Origin: Paraspadella gotoi
Lineage: Eukaryota; Animalia; Chaetognatha
DNA: 64,000 nucleotides
Reading direction: 5' to 3'
Assembly: GCA_051294375.1 (NCBI GenBank)
Contig: CM119263.1
Coordinates: 11,633,130 to 11,697,129 of the forward strand
A program made the position numbers and the translations under genes. Below are positions 52,003-64,000 of the stretch, piece by piece. Below the pieces are notes generated by a model. That model ran no database searches. It saw nothing but the letters and a program-made list of their open reading frames with translations, and was not told the DNA's origin. How positions within the stretch are numbered: the stretch's first letter is position 1; every line of letters starts with the position of its first letter.

Positions 52003-52584
52003 CTGAAAGGGGGAGATCGGGGGCCGGGGTTCGTGGGGTAGTATGTTTCCTTTATTTTTTACTTCAACGGTTCGTGGAGGTGGGAAAAGGGAAAGGGGCT
52101 TCAAATCTCAGTTCAATGTCGAATGGATCCGATGACCGGATCAACCGCGCCACTGCCCCAAAACGGACTTTTTCGTCGTTGGAAGAAATGGGATGAGGAA
52201 GAAGGAAAAAAAGCTAAGCCCTCGAGTTGATAAAAGATTCAACCTTCGAATTAAAAAATTATGTGATTTTTCCCCCTCCCTTTTTTTTTCGCATATAACT
52301 CGGTTACATGGCTGGTGGCTGAAAGATTAATCGAGCGACGCCGTCGCGGAAATTAATCACAATCCGAAGGTTTTTTTTTATTATTCCTAAATGAAACTGT
52401 CGCTCGAAGGAAAAAGAGGTGTACGAGTCCCGACGGGATGCAGCGGGGAAAAATGTAATGAAAAATATGAGATTAAATATCCGAGAGAGAGAAACGCCAA
52501 GAGGGTTTCTCACGTTAGCATCACGAAAGCGAGGGAAAAGAAAAAGAAAAGAATCAACCCTTCAGAAAACAACGATGATCTCAC

Positions 52585-52739
52585 CCAACTTCATGAAGTA
52601 GTTGACGGCCCAGTCGACGTTGAGGAGTCGATCGTCGCCCTTCTCGTCCGTTCTGGGGTAGAGGGCGGTGTGGGCGCCCGTGTGCTTCTCCCAGGCCCCG
52701 TGGAGATCGTAGGTCATCAGATCGATGAAGTCCATTTCC
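52585..52739 (-). CDS. GH18 chitinase internal exon
   Basis: CAG acceptor and G|GTGAG donor (phase 2/1); EMDFIDLMTYDLHGAWEKHTGAHTALY...NVDWAVNYFMKL, containing the GH18 MTYDLHG motif. Confidence 0.93.
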
Positions 52740-52822
52740 CTGAGCGAATGTTGTTGTTGTTGCAGGTCCATCTTTTCAATCGCCCACCCGATCCGATTCA
52801 AATCAATTGAAGTCAAACTCAC

Positions 52823-52935
52823 TTGGCGAGTTTGTCCACCTCGTAAGCAGCGTCGATCGTCTTTTTGCCGCAGCCGACAGCAGCGGTGAGGAGCAGCCGG
52901 TCGTTACCGCTCGTTTTGGCTTCTTCTTCAAAGGC
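52823..52935 (-). CDS. GH18 chitinase internal exon (most 5' exon visible)
   Basis: ATCAG acceptor and AA|GTGAGT donor (phase 0/2); AFEEEAKTSGNDRLLLTAAVGCGKKTIDAAYEVDKLA. Upstream exons with DxxDxDxE were not found in the window. Confidence 0.92.
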
Positions 52936-54103
52936 CTGATGGCGGTGAAAAGATCTCGTCGTTCGTCGAAAAATAATTTATCTCCAATCTGCTACTCGCT
53001 ACTTATGACACACACAAACATCTCTTCAGCTTTCTCTCTTTCTTTACCTTGTTTCTTTTTCAATTTCTTTTCTTTTCTTTCTTTTTCTTTCTTCTCTTTT
53101 TCTGTTTCTTTCTTTCTTTCTTTACTTTCTTTTCTTTCTTTCTTCTTTCTTTTTCTTATATTTCCTTTCTTTCTTTTCTTTTCCTTTCTTTCTTTTTCTC
53201 TTTCTTTCTTTCTTCGTGTGAATGAAGACAAGTAAGTAGGAGTATTGAGTAAATACTCGTTTTCCGTTCCCGGTTATGTAAAGATGATGTACGAATTGGT
53301 ATAACAGAGGTAATGAAAATTCTTATGAAAATTGGGAATATGGACCGTGAGGATTCGAGAATTTTGGAAGTATTTGGAAGTCAGTGCAAATAAAGAATCT
53401 TAAGAACATCTCAACAGAAACAACAAGAATTTAAAAACCACCGAACGACCCAGAAGTAGATGCTCAATTGTCGGAGTGACTGATGAAGTTTCAATGGGTG
53501 TATTAACGGTATTGGAACCGAAGATTTTAATATAACAATGTTTAGAAAGATAGAAAATATCACAATAATAATCGATCCTAAAAATTGTAATAAATAAAAT
53601 GACACCCAACATGAAGGAAGTACGCTTATCCACAAATCCTTATTTAAGGATTGTCTCTTAGTCTATAGAAAGTTAGTATGTTAATTTAGCTCATCGAGAT
53701 AAGAAAACGTACATTTATCAAAATGCTTTTAGTTTTAAAAATTTGAAAACACAAAGAGAAACGCAAGTAAGTTTCGTACCATGAAGACCAAAGTCTTGCT
53801 TTTTATCGTTTTGTGGATTTTTACATTTTCTGAATTCATTTTTTCTTCACGGTGGAAATGGTTTCCATTCTGGAAGTGAGCTTCGTTGAGACCGGCGCTT
53901 GATTACCGAGAAGAGAATAAGGAAGGTAAACGGCTTGAGAGGGAGGGGAAGAAAGGAGAACAGGTTACAAAGAGAGAATATACCCTTCTTCTTCTCAAAA
54001 TTTACATGAGACGCACATGTTTATGATTATAGTTATATAAGCTCTAAGATTCAAAGTTTGCCTCGCAATTTAAAACATCGCTTTGGACGTTTAATTATCC
54101 CTG

Positions 54104-54871
54104 TCGTGGCGGTAATATTCACACTATTCAGACGCCTCAACGGTCACATCCTTCAGCCAAATCCATTGGGCTCAGAGGGGGAACAACCATCATCCAGGCG
54201 TAGTGTTCATCCCAGTCGCTAACTGACTTCCTCTGCGTTGGCAAAGCGAGACCGTCCTAAGGGTAACCGCGCCAGTGACTGGAGGTGTCACTGAGGGTCG
54301 GAAGCTCCCCAAAGCCAAACAGTGAGATGCCCCATCAACCAGCAACCTGGCTTTGCCATAAGTGGTGAGCCCTACTATACAACACGGGCAACCTTCTCGC
54401 CGGTACTGCTACGACAAACGCCTATGCCTGCTGACTTTGGGTAGTGCTAGACAAACGCCTATGCCCCTCGGGGTACGACTACGACAAACGCCTAGCCCCC
54501 CAATAACCCCAACTCCGGCAGCTCTCTCCTCTCTCTCCACTATGGTACAGTCTTGTCAGACACCTCTCAGGCTTGAGGACACTGAGTGATGTCTTGGCCG
54601 GGACTGTTGGCGGTATATTCACACACCGAACTCACGTCCACACAATCTTCAGCCAAACGCATTGGCATACAGAGGGGAAACACACATCCCAGGCGAGTGT
54701 TCACATCACAGTCCTAACGACTTGCCACTTAAGCTTGGCAAAGCGAAGATCCGTCCTAGGGTAACCGCGCAGGTGACTGGAGGTGTCACTGAGGGTCGGA
54801 AGGCCCAAAGCCCAAAGTGAGATGACACCCATCCCAATGGGGGCATCACAGGCAACCTGCTTGTTGACATA
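54104..54871 (+). mobile_element. Complete TRIM-like element: LTR (54104-54360), PBS, 244-bp internal domain, LTR (54605-54871)
   Basis: Two direct copies of the 47105 LTR; AG-TGGTGAGCCCT PBS-like site after the 5' LTR; GGCCGGGAC before the 3' LTR; CCTG TSD at both outer ends; three CTACGACAAACGCCTA-like repeats inside. Confidence 0.72.
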
Positions 54872-57684
54872 CCTGCACGAATCACCTTAACTAAATTAAG
54901 CTTTATTTTCGTATATATTTTATATATAAAAATTATCATATAACGACAGATTATACAAATAATATTTTATCAGTAAAAAGATATTATACTTTGATGTAGT
55001 AGTAATTGGAAAATTAATAAAATGAGTAACGAAGACCAAATAACAAAAAGAGTGATAAGCGTAAAATAATATGCCTTGCTCTCAGAAGCGACGCCAATAG
55101 TTAATTTAATATAGCAGAAAGTCAACCTCCTACGACATCCAAAGAATGAGACATTCCTCCAATAAAACCCAAAGTTAACGACGCGAATAACTGCGCTGGG
55201 CGTTGAGATCCCCTAGTGTGAGGATCCGAGACGAACTCTGAAAAGCTTGCGAAGGACATCGTGAATAATTTAACGCGCATGAAGAAACAGGCTTCAAGTG
55301 TTGATGACGACCAATGAATTATGCGTTTTGACGCGATAGTGATATTGACGGCTCGACCAAGAAGTCCGTGTCGTAATGTGATCTTTGGAAGACGACATTA
55401 CTCTTCTCGCTTTCCTGCGAGATAAAGGAGTCTTGTAGCGCTATATGACTTTTTTTTCTTTTTAGTTTTTTCATTTTATGTTCTTTGTTCTTATCTTTTG
55501 CGGACTCGCGGAGCACTCTATAATTCACTTTCGGTCGGTCTGACGGTCGGTGCGTCCTGTCTTTCGTCGGTCTGTCCCATTATGTAAAAATGACATATAA
55601 TTTGTTATAGTTAACTATAGTTGGTTGGCTTATTTGTTAAGAACACGAAAATAAACCCTCAAATCTAAGGGACTACAACGTTCGTTTAAGAAATTTGCCT
55701 ATAGAGACTATAAAAAGTGATAGTCATAAAATTACATGGAGGCAAAAAAGGTTAGTTATAGTATCATATCATGTCATAATCATAATCATGTAAGTCATTG
55801 CGGCCGTTGGTTGGAATTGAACCGCGTTCTATGTTTTCTTTCTTTAATTCTCTTTCTTTGGTTTTCTTTCTTTTTTTTTCTTTATTTTTCTTCTATTTTT
55901 TTCTCTCTTTCTTTTCTTTCTTTCTCTCTTATATTCAAGTAGGCCTTAGCAAATTTTATATAAAGTTTTTACAGAATTTGCACTAATAGTACAATAGTCC
56001 TATAATGCTACTAATTATTTTCTATCTTTGTTTTTTGAGAAAAATCGATCAAATAAGTGCCTTGCAACTCTTCAAAATTTGCAAAAAAACGGTTTTTTTT
56101 CATTAAAATGGATAGATATCTTAAAAAATAATCATTGTCAGAATCATATTTAACCTGCGTCAATTTAAAGAGCGGAAAAAAATAACTACTTATTTTTACA
56201 GTACTTTATTTTAAAAAATCAGGCGCAAAAAGGTACTGTTTCAAATTATTGATGTTTAAAAACCGAATTCTCGCATTTTAAAGTCACATTTTTATTATTT
56301 TCCTTTTACTTTGAACACATAATGTAAAATAAGGTGTAAAACACAAGACAAGAAATCCTCTAGAGTAAACTCTTAGGTTTCCATTGGCAAGTAAATAGGT
56401 ATTAGTTTTTTATTTTGTTCGGGAGCTATGAATTGTTAAGATCTTAGAAAAAATTAATGAAAAAAATAATTATTTATTATTTTTGTCTGTGTGCGGTATA
56501 CAAATTTAGATGTTTATAGCGGAAGAGTACATTCGAGAGAGGAGAGAGAGAGGAAGCTTTATTCTTGAAGAACCGGGTCTCGGCTGAACTGATATTCGAT
56601 TTTTTCATTATTGAATTTTAGTAAAAATATATTTTTTTTAAAAAGATTAATCCAATTAGTTACTTTTCAAAATCGAATATTTTTTTAAAAAATAGGAAAG
56701 ATACAAAAATACACGTTCTACTTATAAGGCTTAAAACGAAATGTCTTGAATAAAAAATAAATATAAAAAATTATTAATAAAAAATAAATAAACAGAATTA
56801 TTAACTTTATTTTATTTATAAAAAATATAATGATGTTAATAAATCTAATCTATATATATATTTGAGATTGAGTGCTTAATTCCAATCTCAAATCCTAGCT
56901 TTAATAAGTAATATATTTTGTTATTATATATAAAAAAAAATTTACAAAATAAAGTAATAAATACAGTAGCTACACGTACAACTATTTAGTATAGTATACA
57001 GACAAGTATAAAATAGCATTAACTTTTAAATACTGTGAATAAAAGATTATATATTAATAGTTTAAAATATTGTTTAAATTTTTTTTAAATAAATTTAAAA
57101 TTTTCAAAATAAAAAATAATGTGACTTTAAAAGGCCGAGAATGTCGGTTTTTTAAACTCAATAATTGGGAAAGTAATTTTTTTGGATTTTTAAAAAATAA
57201 AGTTATAGTACAAATGAAGTAATTTTCCGGCTACGTTGTTAAGAGATTCGAAACGCAAGTTAAAGATTTGATTCTGACTGATAGTTTTTAAGAATATCTA
57301 GATCATTTTAATGAGAAAATGAACAGCGAGATGAGTTTTTATTCGCAAAAATTTCTGAAGAGGGTTAGCAGCGGGAGACAGTATGAGGATTGAGGTCGAT
57401 TTTTCAAGAAAACAAAGAACTAGAAAAACATTAGTAAAGAGGCAAGTATAGGTGGACTATTTGTTAAGACGCAGCAATCTAGTGCTGAAATATATTAACT
57501 GTGAAAAAACATTTATAAATATGCTAAGCCTAAATATTCAGCTCTTTCAATAATTTTAGTTCTTCATTTTTCTCCTTTCTGTTGCGAAATAAATTTGAAA
57601 TTTTTAATAAAATTTTTATAACATTTATTTCTAAACCAATAGAACTGAATCGATCTTCGTACAATAACCAAGTTTAGATTGTAT

Positions 57685-60600
57685 TCATGGGCATCTTGGC
57701 AATGTCTCTCTTGACATTTTGTGGCCATCGCAGTTGTGCGTCGCAAGTGTTTTTGAAGAGCAATCCGGGAGGCGCACGCTGCAGTCGAACGCCTCTGTTA
57801 GGGCCGTGCACATGTCAAGAAGTGCGGCGCAGTTGTCCGCCACGCCCACGACTGTCCAGATTCCGTGAAAACTTGCCCGGTTCGGGACTTGACGCCGCCC
57901 GTTATCGCCGTTGTCACCACATTGTCACCGCGTTTGGTCACCGCCGTTGTTCACCACCGTTGTCACGTACTCCACGTTGTCAACCTTCAGCCGTTGTCCC
58001 AGGCCCGTTATCACCAAGTATCGGGTTCGAAGGTTCCATTATTGAAGAGGAACATCGACGACTGGGCTTTTTGAGAAGAGGATATTTGCCTTGCGCCGTC
58101 AGAAGGTTCCTATTTTGAAGTCGCGCAAGTTCTGAGCGCGGTACAGAAATCATACCGCCAGCTAGGCCGCTTGTCCAGAGATTACATTAGCCTTAAGACC
58201 TGACGGAAAAAGGGGTGATTAAAGGGATAATTAAGATTCTTTTCAAATTTTAAGGTATAGAAAATTAAAAGAGATTTAAAGGTAAAAGTTACGGACACTT
58301 AATGTCCAGGAACAAACTCTTGTGCAATAAGGCGGTAGTAAAATTTCTAAATTATTAAGACTTTAATTAAAATTCTAAAGAAGTGAGGAATGAACAACAT
58401 TAATACTAATAAAACATTTATGAATAAAAAAATTTTATATAAATGTTTACAACTTACGCAGCTAGGTCCATAATTTATACTAGTTACTAATCCAATAAAT
58501 ATTAAAATTTCAAAACAGTTTTTTCTAATTTGGGATTCGTCATTAAAAAGTTGATATAAAAGAAAAGATAACTCTTTTTGAAAAAATTCTTTCATGTAAG
58601 TAGGTCAAAAATTAGAAAAGCTATATTTTAAGGCTTGAAAATTATTTTTTTATAGTATTTAAAATGTAGTTTTTTAATTTTACTCCACTTAATGATTAAG
58701 AATTTTTAAAAATGATTTAATTTTCCTTTTATCAACTTTTGTCACGAGGAAGTTCAAATTGCAATCAAATTAAGAAAAGCGATATTTTGAAATTTTTTCG
58801 GATTTTATAAGAATAGTACTATATATAAATTAGCCTACTGCCGAAATTAAAAATCACATAATTATTTTTTTTTTACATATTAATATTCACTGATGGTATG
58901 TTGTTGTTCAATAATTGACATTTAGGAATTTCGTATGTAACTTTAACACATACGCACGTTATTGTGGGCAATCTCGATTAAACTTTTGTGAAATGCGTAT
59001 AAACAGGATTGTGATTCATTTTATTGATTAAAGAGTTCATTGATTTATTTATTGCATTCGGTCATGATAGATTATTTAAATTTGATGTCATTATGCTTTG
59101 ATTCTCGCGCTTCAGCTAGTCATGAGTTAATGATTATGTATTTTATAGGTAAATACTTCGTGTTTACTTAGTGATTCATTAAGTGCTCGGCTAAGCAAGT
59201 GGCTACGTGTGCTATTGTTGTTTTTCTCATAGATATATTATGTTACAGAGTAGTCGGACCTCTGGCTAGTGAAACTGTTGGACGCAATGGCTGCCTGGGC
59301 CCCGTGTGGCATAGGCGAATCATCGCCGAGGACCGATATAAAGATGCCCTGGTTGTTCTGCAGCGGCCGCATACGGACTAGGTTAGAGAGTCCGCAAGGT
59401 TTTGCTCGCCCAGTAAAGGTGGTGCATCGTCCTTGTTTCATGCCTGTGGTGTGGTGGTTTCTGATCCCAGATGGCTGTCACGAAAAAATTTGACTGCACA
59501 TCATGCACAATATTCCGGAACTATTATTCGGCATTATTTACTCTAATGATTGAGGATAACAAAGCCGATCCTCTTTTCGCACTTTGTTTTATTCTTTTTT
59601 ATTAGACTCCATGTCGCTTTCCTCTCATCCGATCGTAGTGCTGTCTCGGTAGGCGACCCACTGATCTCCACGGTGAAGCGGTACGAGTATCTTAGTTGCT
59701 GTGTGGTCCGAACACCGTTCTTCGCATCCTTTCTCAATTCTTGCAAATCTCGTAGTAGGAAGATGAAGCCGTTCTCGTCTCGTGAAACTGCAGCGGCGGC
59801 GCAAGGCGTCCCTTAGTGCCCGGCGCGCCAGTCCGTCTTGCTCGTTGTCGACACAGAGTGAAGCCGCGACCGGTAGGTGCCGAGACAGCATGACAAGCTT
59901 GTGGCGGGGAGACGCTGAAAGGGGGGAAAAAGATGCGGGGGCCGCGGGGTTCGGTGGGTAGTATGTTTCCCTTTATTTTTTAGCTTAAAAGCGGTTCGTG
60001 GAGGTGGGAAGAAGGGAAGGGGGCTTCAAATCTCAGTTCAATGGTCGAATGGATCGAATGACGATCAACCGGCGCCACTGGCCAAAACGGACTGTTTTCG
60101 TCGTTGGAAGAATGGGATGAGGAAGAAGGAAAAAAAGGCTAAGCCTCGAGTTGATAAAAGATTCAACCGTTCGAAGTTAAAAAATTATGTGATTTTTCCC
60201 TCGCTTTTTTTTTCGCATGAATAACTCGGGTTAGCAGTGGCGTGGTGGCTGAAAGATTATCGAGCGACGCCGTCCGGCGGAAATTGAATGCAATCCGGAA
60301 GGTTTTTTTTTTATTATTCCTAAATGAAACTGGTCCGCTCGGAAGGAAAAAAGTAGGTGTACGAGTCCCGACGGATGCAAGCGGGGGAAAAAAATGTTAA
60401 TTGAAAAATATAGAGATTATAATATCCGAGAGAGAGGAAGACGCCAAGAGGGTTTTCTCACGTTAAGCATCACGAAAGCGAGGGAAAAGAAAAAGAAAAG
60501 AATCAACCCTTCAGAAAACAACGATGATCTCACCAACTTCATGAAGTAGTTGACGGCCAGTCGACGTTGAGTGAGTCGATCGTCGCCTTCTCGTTCCGTT

Positions 60601-60881
60601 CTGGGGTAGAGGCGGGTGGGCGCCCGTGTGCTTCTCACCAGGCTCCCGTGGAGTATTCGTAGGTCATCAGTCGATGAAGTCCATTCCTGAGCGAATGTTG
60701 TTGTGTTGCAGTCCATCTTTCAATCGCCACCCGATCCGATTCAGAATCAATTGAAGTCAACTCCACTTGGCGAGTTTTGCCACGCTCGTAAGCCAGCGTC
60801 GATCGTCTTTTTGCCGCACCCGACAGCAGCGGTGAGGAGCAGCCGGTCGTTACCGCTCGTTTTGGCTTCTTCTTCAGAAGC
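57685..60881 (-). pseudogene. Frameshifted second copy of the four chitinase exons (artefact or pseudogene)
   Basis: All four exons are recognisable but broken by many indels. Confidence 0.6.
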
Positions 60882-60898
60882 CTGATGGCGGTGAAAGA

Positions 60899-63800
60899 GT
60901 AGGGGGTCGAGAGTGTGAATTTATTGTACTTTCCTCTCTCTCTCTCTCTCTCGTCTCTCTCTCTCTCCTCGTCTCTCTGCATCTCTCCTCTTTCTCAGTC
61001 TCGTCTCCGTCCTTCTTTCTCTCTCTCTCTCTCTCTTCATTTCGTCTCTCTGCTCACTCTTCTCTCGTCTTCTCTCGTCTCTTTTGCTTCTCTCTACCTC
61101 GGATGGATCGGTCTCTCGTGTCGTCGCATCTCTCTCTCTGCTCTCTCGTCTTCTCTCTGTTCTCCCGTTAGCGGCTGCGAGTCTCGTCGTCTGCGTTTCG
61201 TTGTGCTCTCTCTCTCTGCTCTCTATGTCTCATCTTGTCTATTCTCTCTCCGTCTCTCTCTCGTCTTCTTCTCTCGCGTCTCTGTCTCTCGCTGGTGCAA
61301 GTGCTCAGTTGTGCCTCTCTCTCTTCGTCGCTCCCCGGGCCAGTTTCTTCATAGGTCTGACCAAGCTCTCCGTGTGAGTTACGCACACAGTTACGGTACA
61401 AGCCTTGTTGCGGGAATCTCTTTTACAGGCACTTATTTCACTACTCGTCTCTTCTACTCGCTTTAGCCGCTGCGGTGATTCTTCACGGGAGCTTCTCACG
61501 TCTGGGAGGTTGTTGGGGATTCTTTTCGGAGTCTTTGGAGTCGAGTTTTGATTCGTCGTATGTCGTCGGTCGGTCGGCCGACATTAGAATTCCCTTTCGC
61601 TCTGTTCAAAAAAGGCCCTCCAATTTCCTTCGCCTTTGATCGCTCTCTCTCATCTCTCCCTCGTCTCTTTCTCTCTACTTATACTCTCTCCACTCTCTCT
61701 CGACTACTCTCTGTCTCTTCTCCTCTCGCGTCTTCTGTCTCGATCTCTCTCTCTCTCTTATCTCTCTCTCTTCTCTCGCAGTTCCTTTTCACACACATAT
61801 AAATACGTCTCCCTCCTTCTCCCTTTCCCGTCGTGTTGTCGTCGTAAGACACGTATACAGAGGGTCTTCCCCTCCTCCTCCTCCTTCTNNNNNNNNNNNN
61901 NNNNNNNNNNNNNGCTGAGGAAGGAAGTAGGGGGTCGAGAGGCGGTGGTGAAATAGTCAGTGTTACATTTCCTCTCTTCTCTCTCTCTCGTCTCCGTCTC
62001 TCTCTCTGCGTCTCTCTGCTCTCTCCTCTTTCTCGTCCGTCGTCTCATCTTCTTCTCGTCCTCTCTCTCTCTCTCTCTCGTTCTCTGCTCTCTTCTCTCG
62101 TCTTCTCTCGTCTCTGTTTGCTTCTCTCTACTGCTCGTGTCATCGGGACTCGGTTCTCTCGTGCGTCGGGTCGTCATTCTCGTCTCGTCTGCTCGTCTCG
62201 GGCGTCTTTCGTCTTCTCTGTTTTCTCTCTCTCGTCTAGCGGCTGGTCGAGGCTCTCGTTGTCGTCTGTCAGGTTTCGTTGTGCTTCTCTCTCTCGTGCT
62301 CTCTTCGGTCTCTCTCTCATCTCAAGTCTCTCTCTACGTTTGCTCTCTTCTCTCTGCTACTCCTCTTCTCTCTCGTCTAAGTGGTCTCTGTCAGCATGGT
62401 CTTACGCCTTGCGTGTCAGTCTCGTCTGCCCCTCTCCTCTTCTCTCTCTCGTCGCTGCCCTCCGTGGTGCGCGTCAGTTTCTCTCTCTCTTCTCCCCTCT
62501 CTAGTTCCTCTCAAGCCTTGTTCGGGATCTGCTTTTACACACTTATTTCACTCTCGTCTCTTCTACTCCGCTTTAGCCGGCTGCGGTGGATGTCTCACGG
62601 GCTTCTCACGTCTGGGGAGGTTTTGGGTGGATTCTTTCGGAGTCTTTGGAGTGCGGAGTTTTGATTCGTTCGTTGTTCGTGCCGGTGGGTCGGCCGACAT
62701 TGAATTCCCTTTCGCTCTGTTCATAAGCCCTCCATTTCCTTCGCCTTTGGATCTCTCTCTGCGTCTCTCTCCATCTCTCTCTCCTGTCCTCTCGATCGGA
62801 GTCTCTCTTCGGTTCTCTCTATAGGTGCTCTCGTCTCGGGACGTCGTGCTCTCATCTGTCTGCCGTCTCTCATCTGTCTCGTCTCTCTGCTGTTCGGCAT
62901 GGTCTCCGGGTGGGGTTCTGCGCGTTCTCCTTCATCTTCTCCGCGTGTCATGCTCTGAGATGCTCGTCTGCGTCTCTCTCGCAATCGCTTTGTTCCTATT
63001 ACGTCATCCCATCCTTCTCCTTGTCCCGTCGTGCGTTGTCGTGCGTTTGTGCTCGTGCTTTCGGCGCCGCGCTGCGGTGTGCTGCGCCTCTAGCGTTCCC
63101 CGCTTTCCATTCCCAGCTCCGGCCCGACTGGATGGTCTGGGTCGATTGCGGGGAGGCGCAGATAGCGTTGTTGAAGTCAAAGAATGGCGCTCGAGAGTTG
63201 TGCCGAGCGAGAGCGGTGCCACGTTAAGGCGCGTCTCGCTCGGCGCACTCGCGCCGGCTGCTCGCCAGCTAGCGCTGGCCGGCCCGGTGTCAGCGGTGGG
63301 GCATCCTTCTCGCGTTCAATCTCCTCAGGAGTCTTTCTCGCTCAGTTCTCCCGCTTTCTTGCCTTATGGCTCCTCTCGCCGTCGCTGCTAGGATACCCTT
63401 TGACCTGCTCGAATACGTGAGGGTCTTCTGTGTAGACCGGTGCCCGTTTGTCGGTCCGATGGTGTTAAATCTGTTAGGATGTCGACTGCTCGCACGTGGT
63501 AGGACTGATATGGAAGTTGATGTCGGTTTATGGATTTTCCAGTTTTTCCTACTCGGCCCAAGGATTTTTTGGTGCCAGGAGCCGACCACGAAAAATCCAA
63601 CGGGCGTTTATATTTCGCTCTTCGTTTTCCGTTCGTGCTGTGTTGTTCTTCGTGTCTTGTTCTTAATTGTGAGTGTTCTGGGTGTTATGCTTTTGTTCCT
63701 TTTCTTTCTCTGGTGGTTCGGGTACGGGACAGAAGGCGGTGGTATTATGTAGACGGGAGGAGGATCGTGGCGAAAAGGAACAGTCTTTCCTTATCTGTGT

Positions 63801-64000
63801 CTTGTGCTTTAGTCTTTAGTTAGGATGGTCCTTTTTCTGCTTGTCATTGATCTTTCTTGCGTCTTTCTTACGATCTTGGTCTTGTTCTTGTCTTAGATGT
63901 CTTGTCGGTTATCGTGGAGGTCTTGTCCTTTGGTCTATAGTCTGTATGGTTCTTTCTTTCTTGGTAGAGCGTACCAGAGTGGTGTGAATTCCGCGTGGCT
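60899..64000. other. Low-quality CT-rich sequence with an internal ~1.1-kb noisy duplication across the 61889-61913 gap
   Basis: GTAGGGGGTCGAGAG-like block near 60899 and 61927; block 61400-61640 is repeated with indels at 62515-62755. Confidence 0.6.

Larger units (their letters stand above)
52995..60898 (+). repeat. Indel-rich tandem re-copy of 46123-52951 (probable unpolished long-read artefact)
   Basis: Colinear with copy 1 throughout, with frequent 1-3 bp indels, mostly insertions, in exons and introns alike. Confidence 0.85.

Noticed and set aside
63290-63589. Minus-strand ORF with KIHKPT, reminiscent of the Penelope RT YRKPT motif
   Set aside because: Single weak motif in error-prone sequence with no supporting RT motifs.

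Overview
Eukaryotic (invertebrate metazoan-like) genomic DNA: AT-rich, intron-rich, dense in (GA)n/(CTTT)n/(CGA)n microsatellites, with four N-gaps. Supported genes: a 7SL/SRP RNA gene (2761-3055); the first coding exon of afadin/canoe (9652-10044, +; no second exon found in the window); a two-exon antisense gene for a secreted Asn/Cys-rich prepropeptide with GKR/KR processing sites that I do not recognise (28215-28179 joined to 24176-23692); and the last four exons of a GH18 chitinase with a (DNGG)n linker and CBM14 domain (52935-49942, -). Mobile DNA includes a 5'-truncated Penelope-like element with a minimal hammerhead ribozyme, two hAT-type MITEs with 8-bp TSDs, a DINE-1/Helentron-like family, and a set of hairpin-rich 230-340 bp LTR-like elements with 4-bp TSDs and mostly TG...ATA ends. 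One of these also appears as a complete 768-bp LTR-PBS-internal-LTR TRIM. 52995-60898 is an indel-riddled re-copy of 46123-52951, probably an unpolished long read, and sequence after ~60900 is low quality. All calls were made by eye without database searches.
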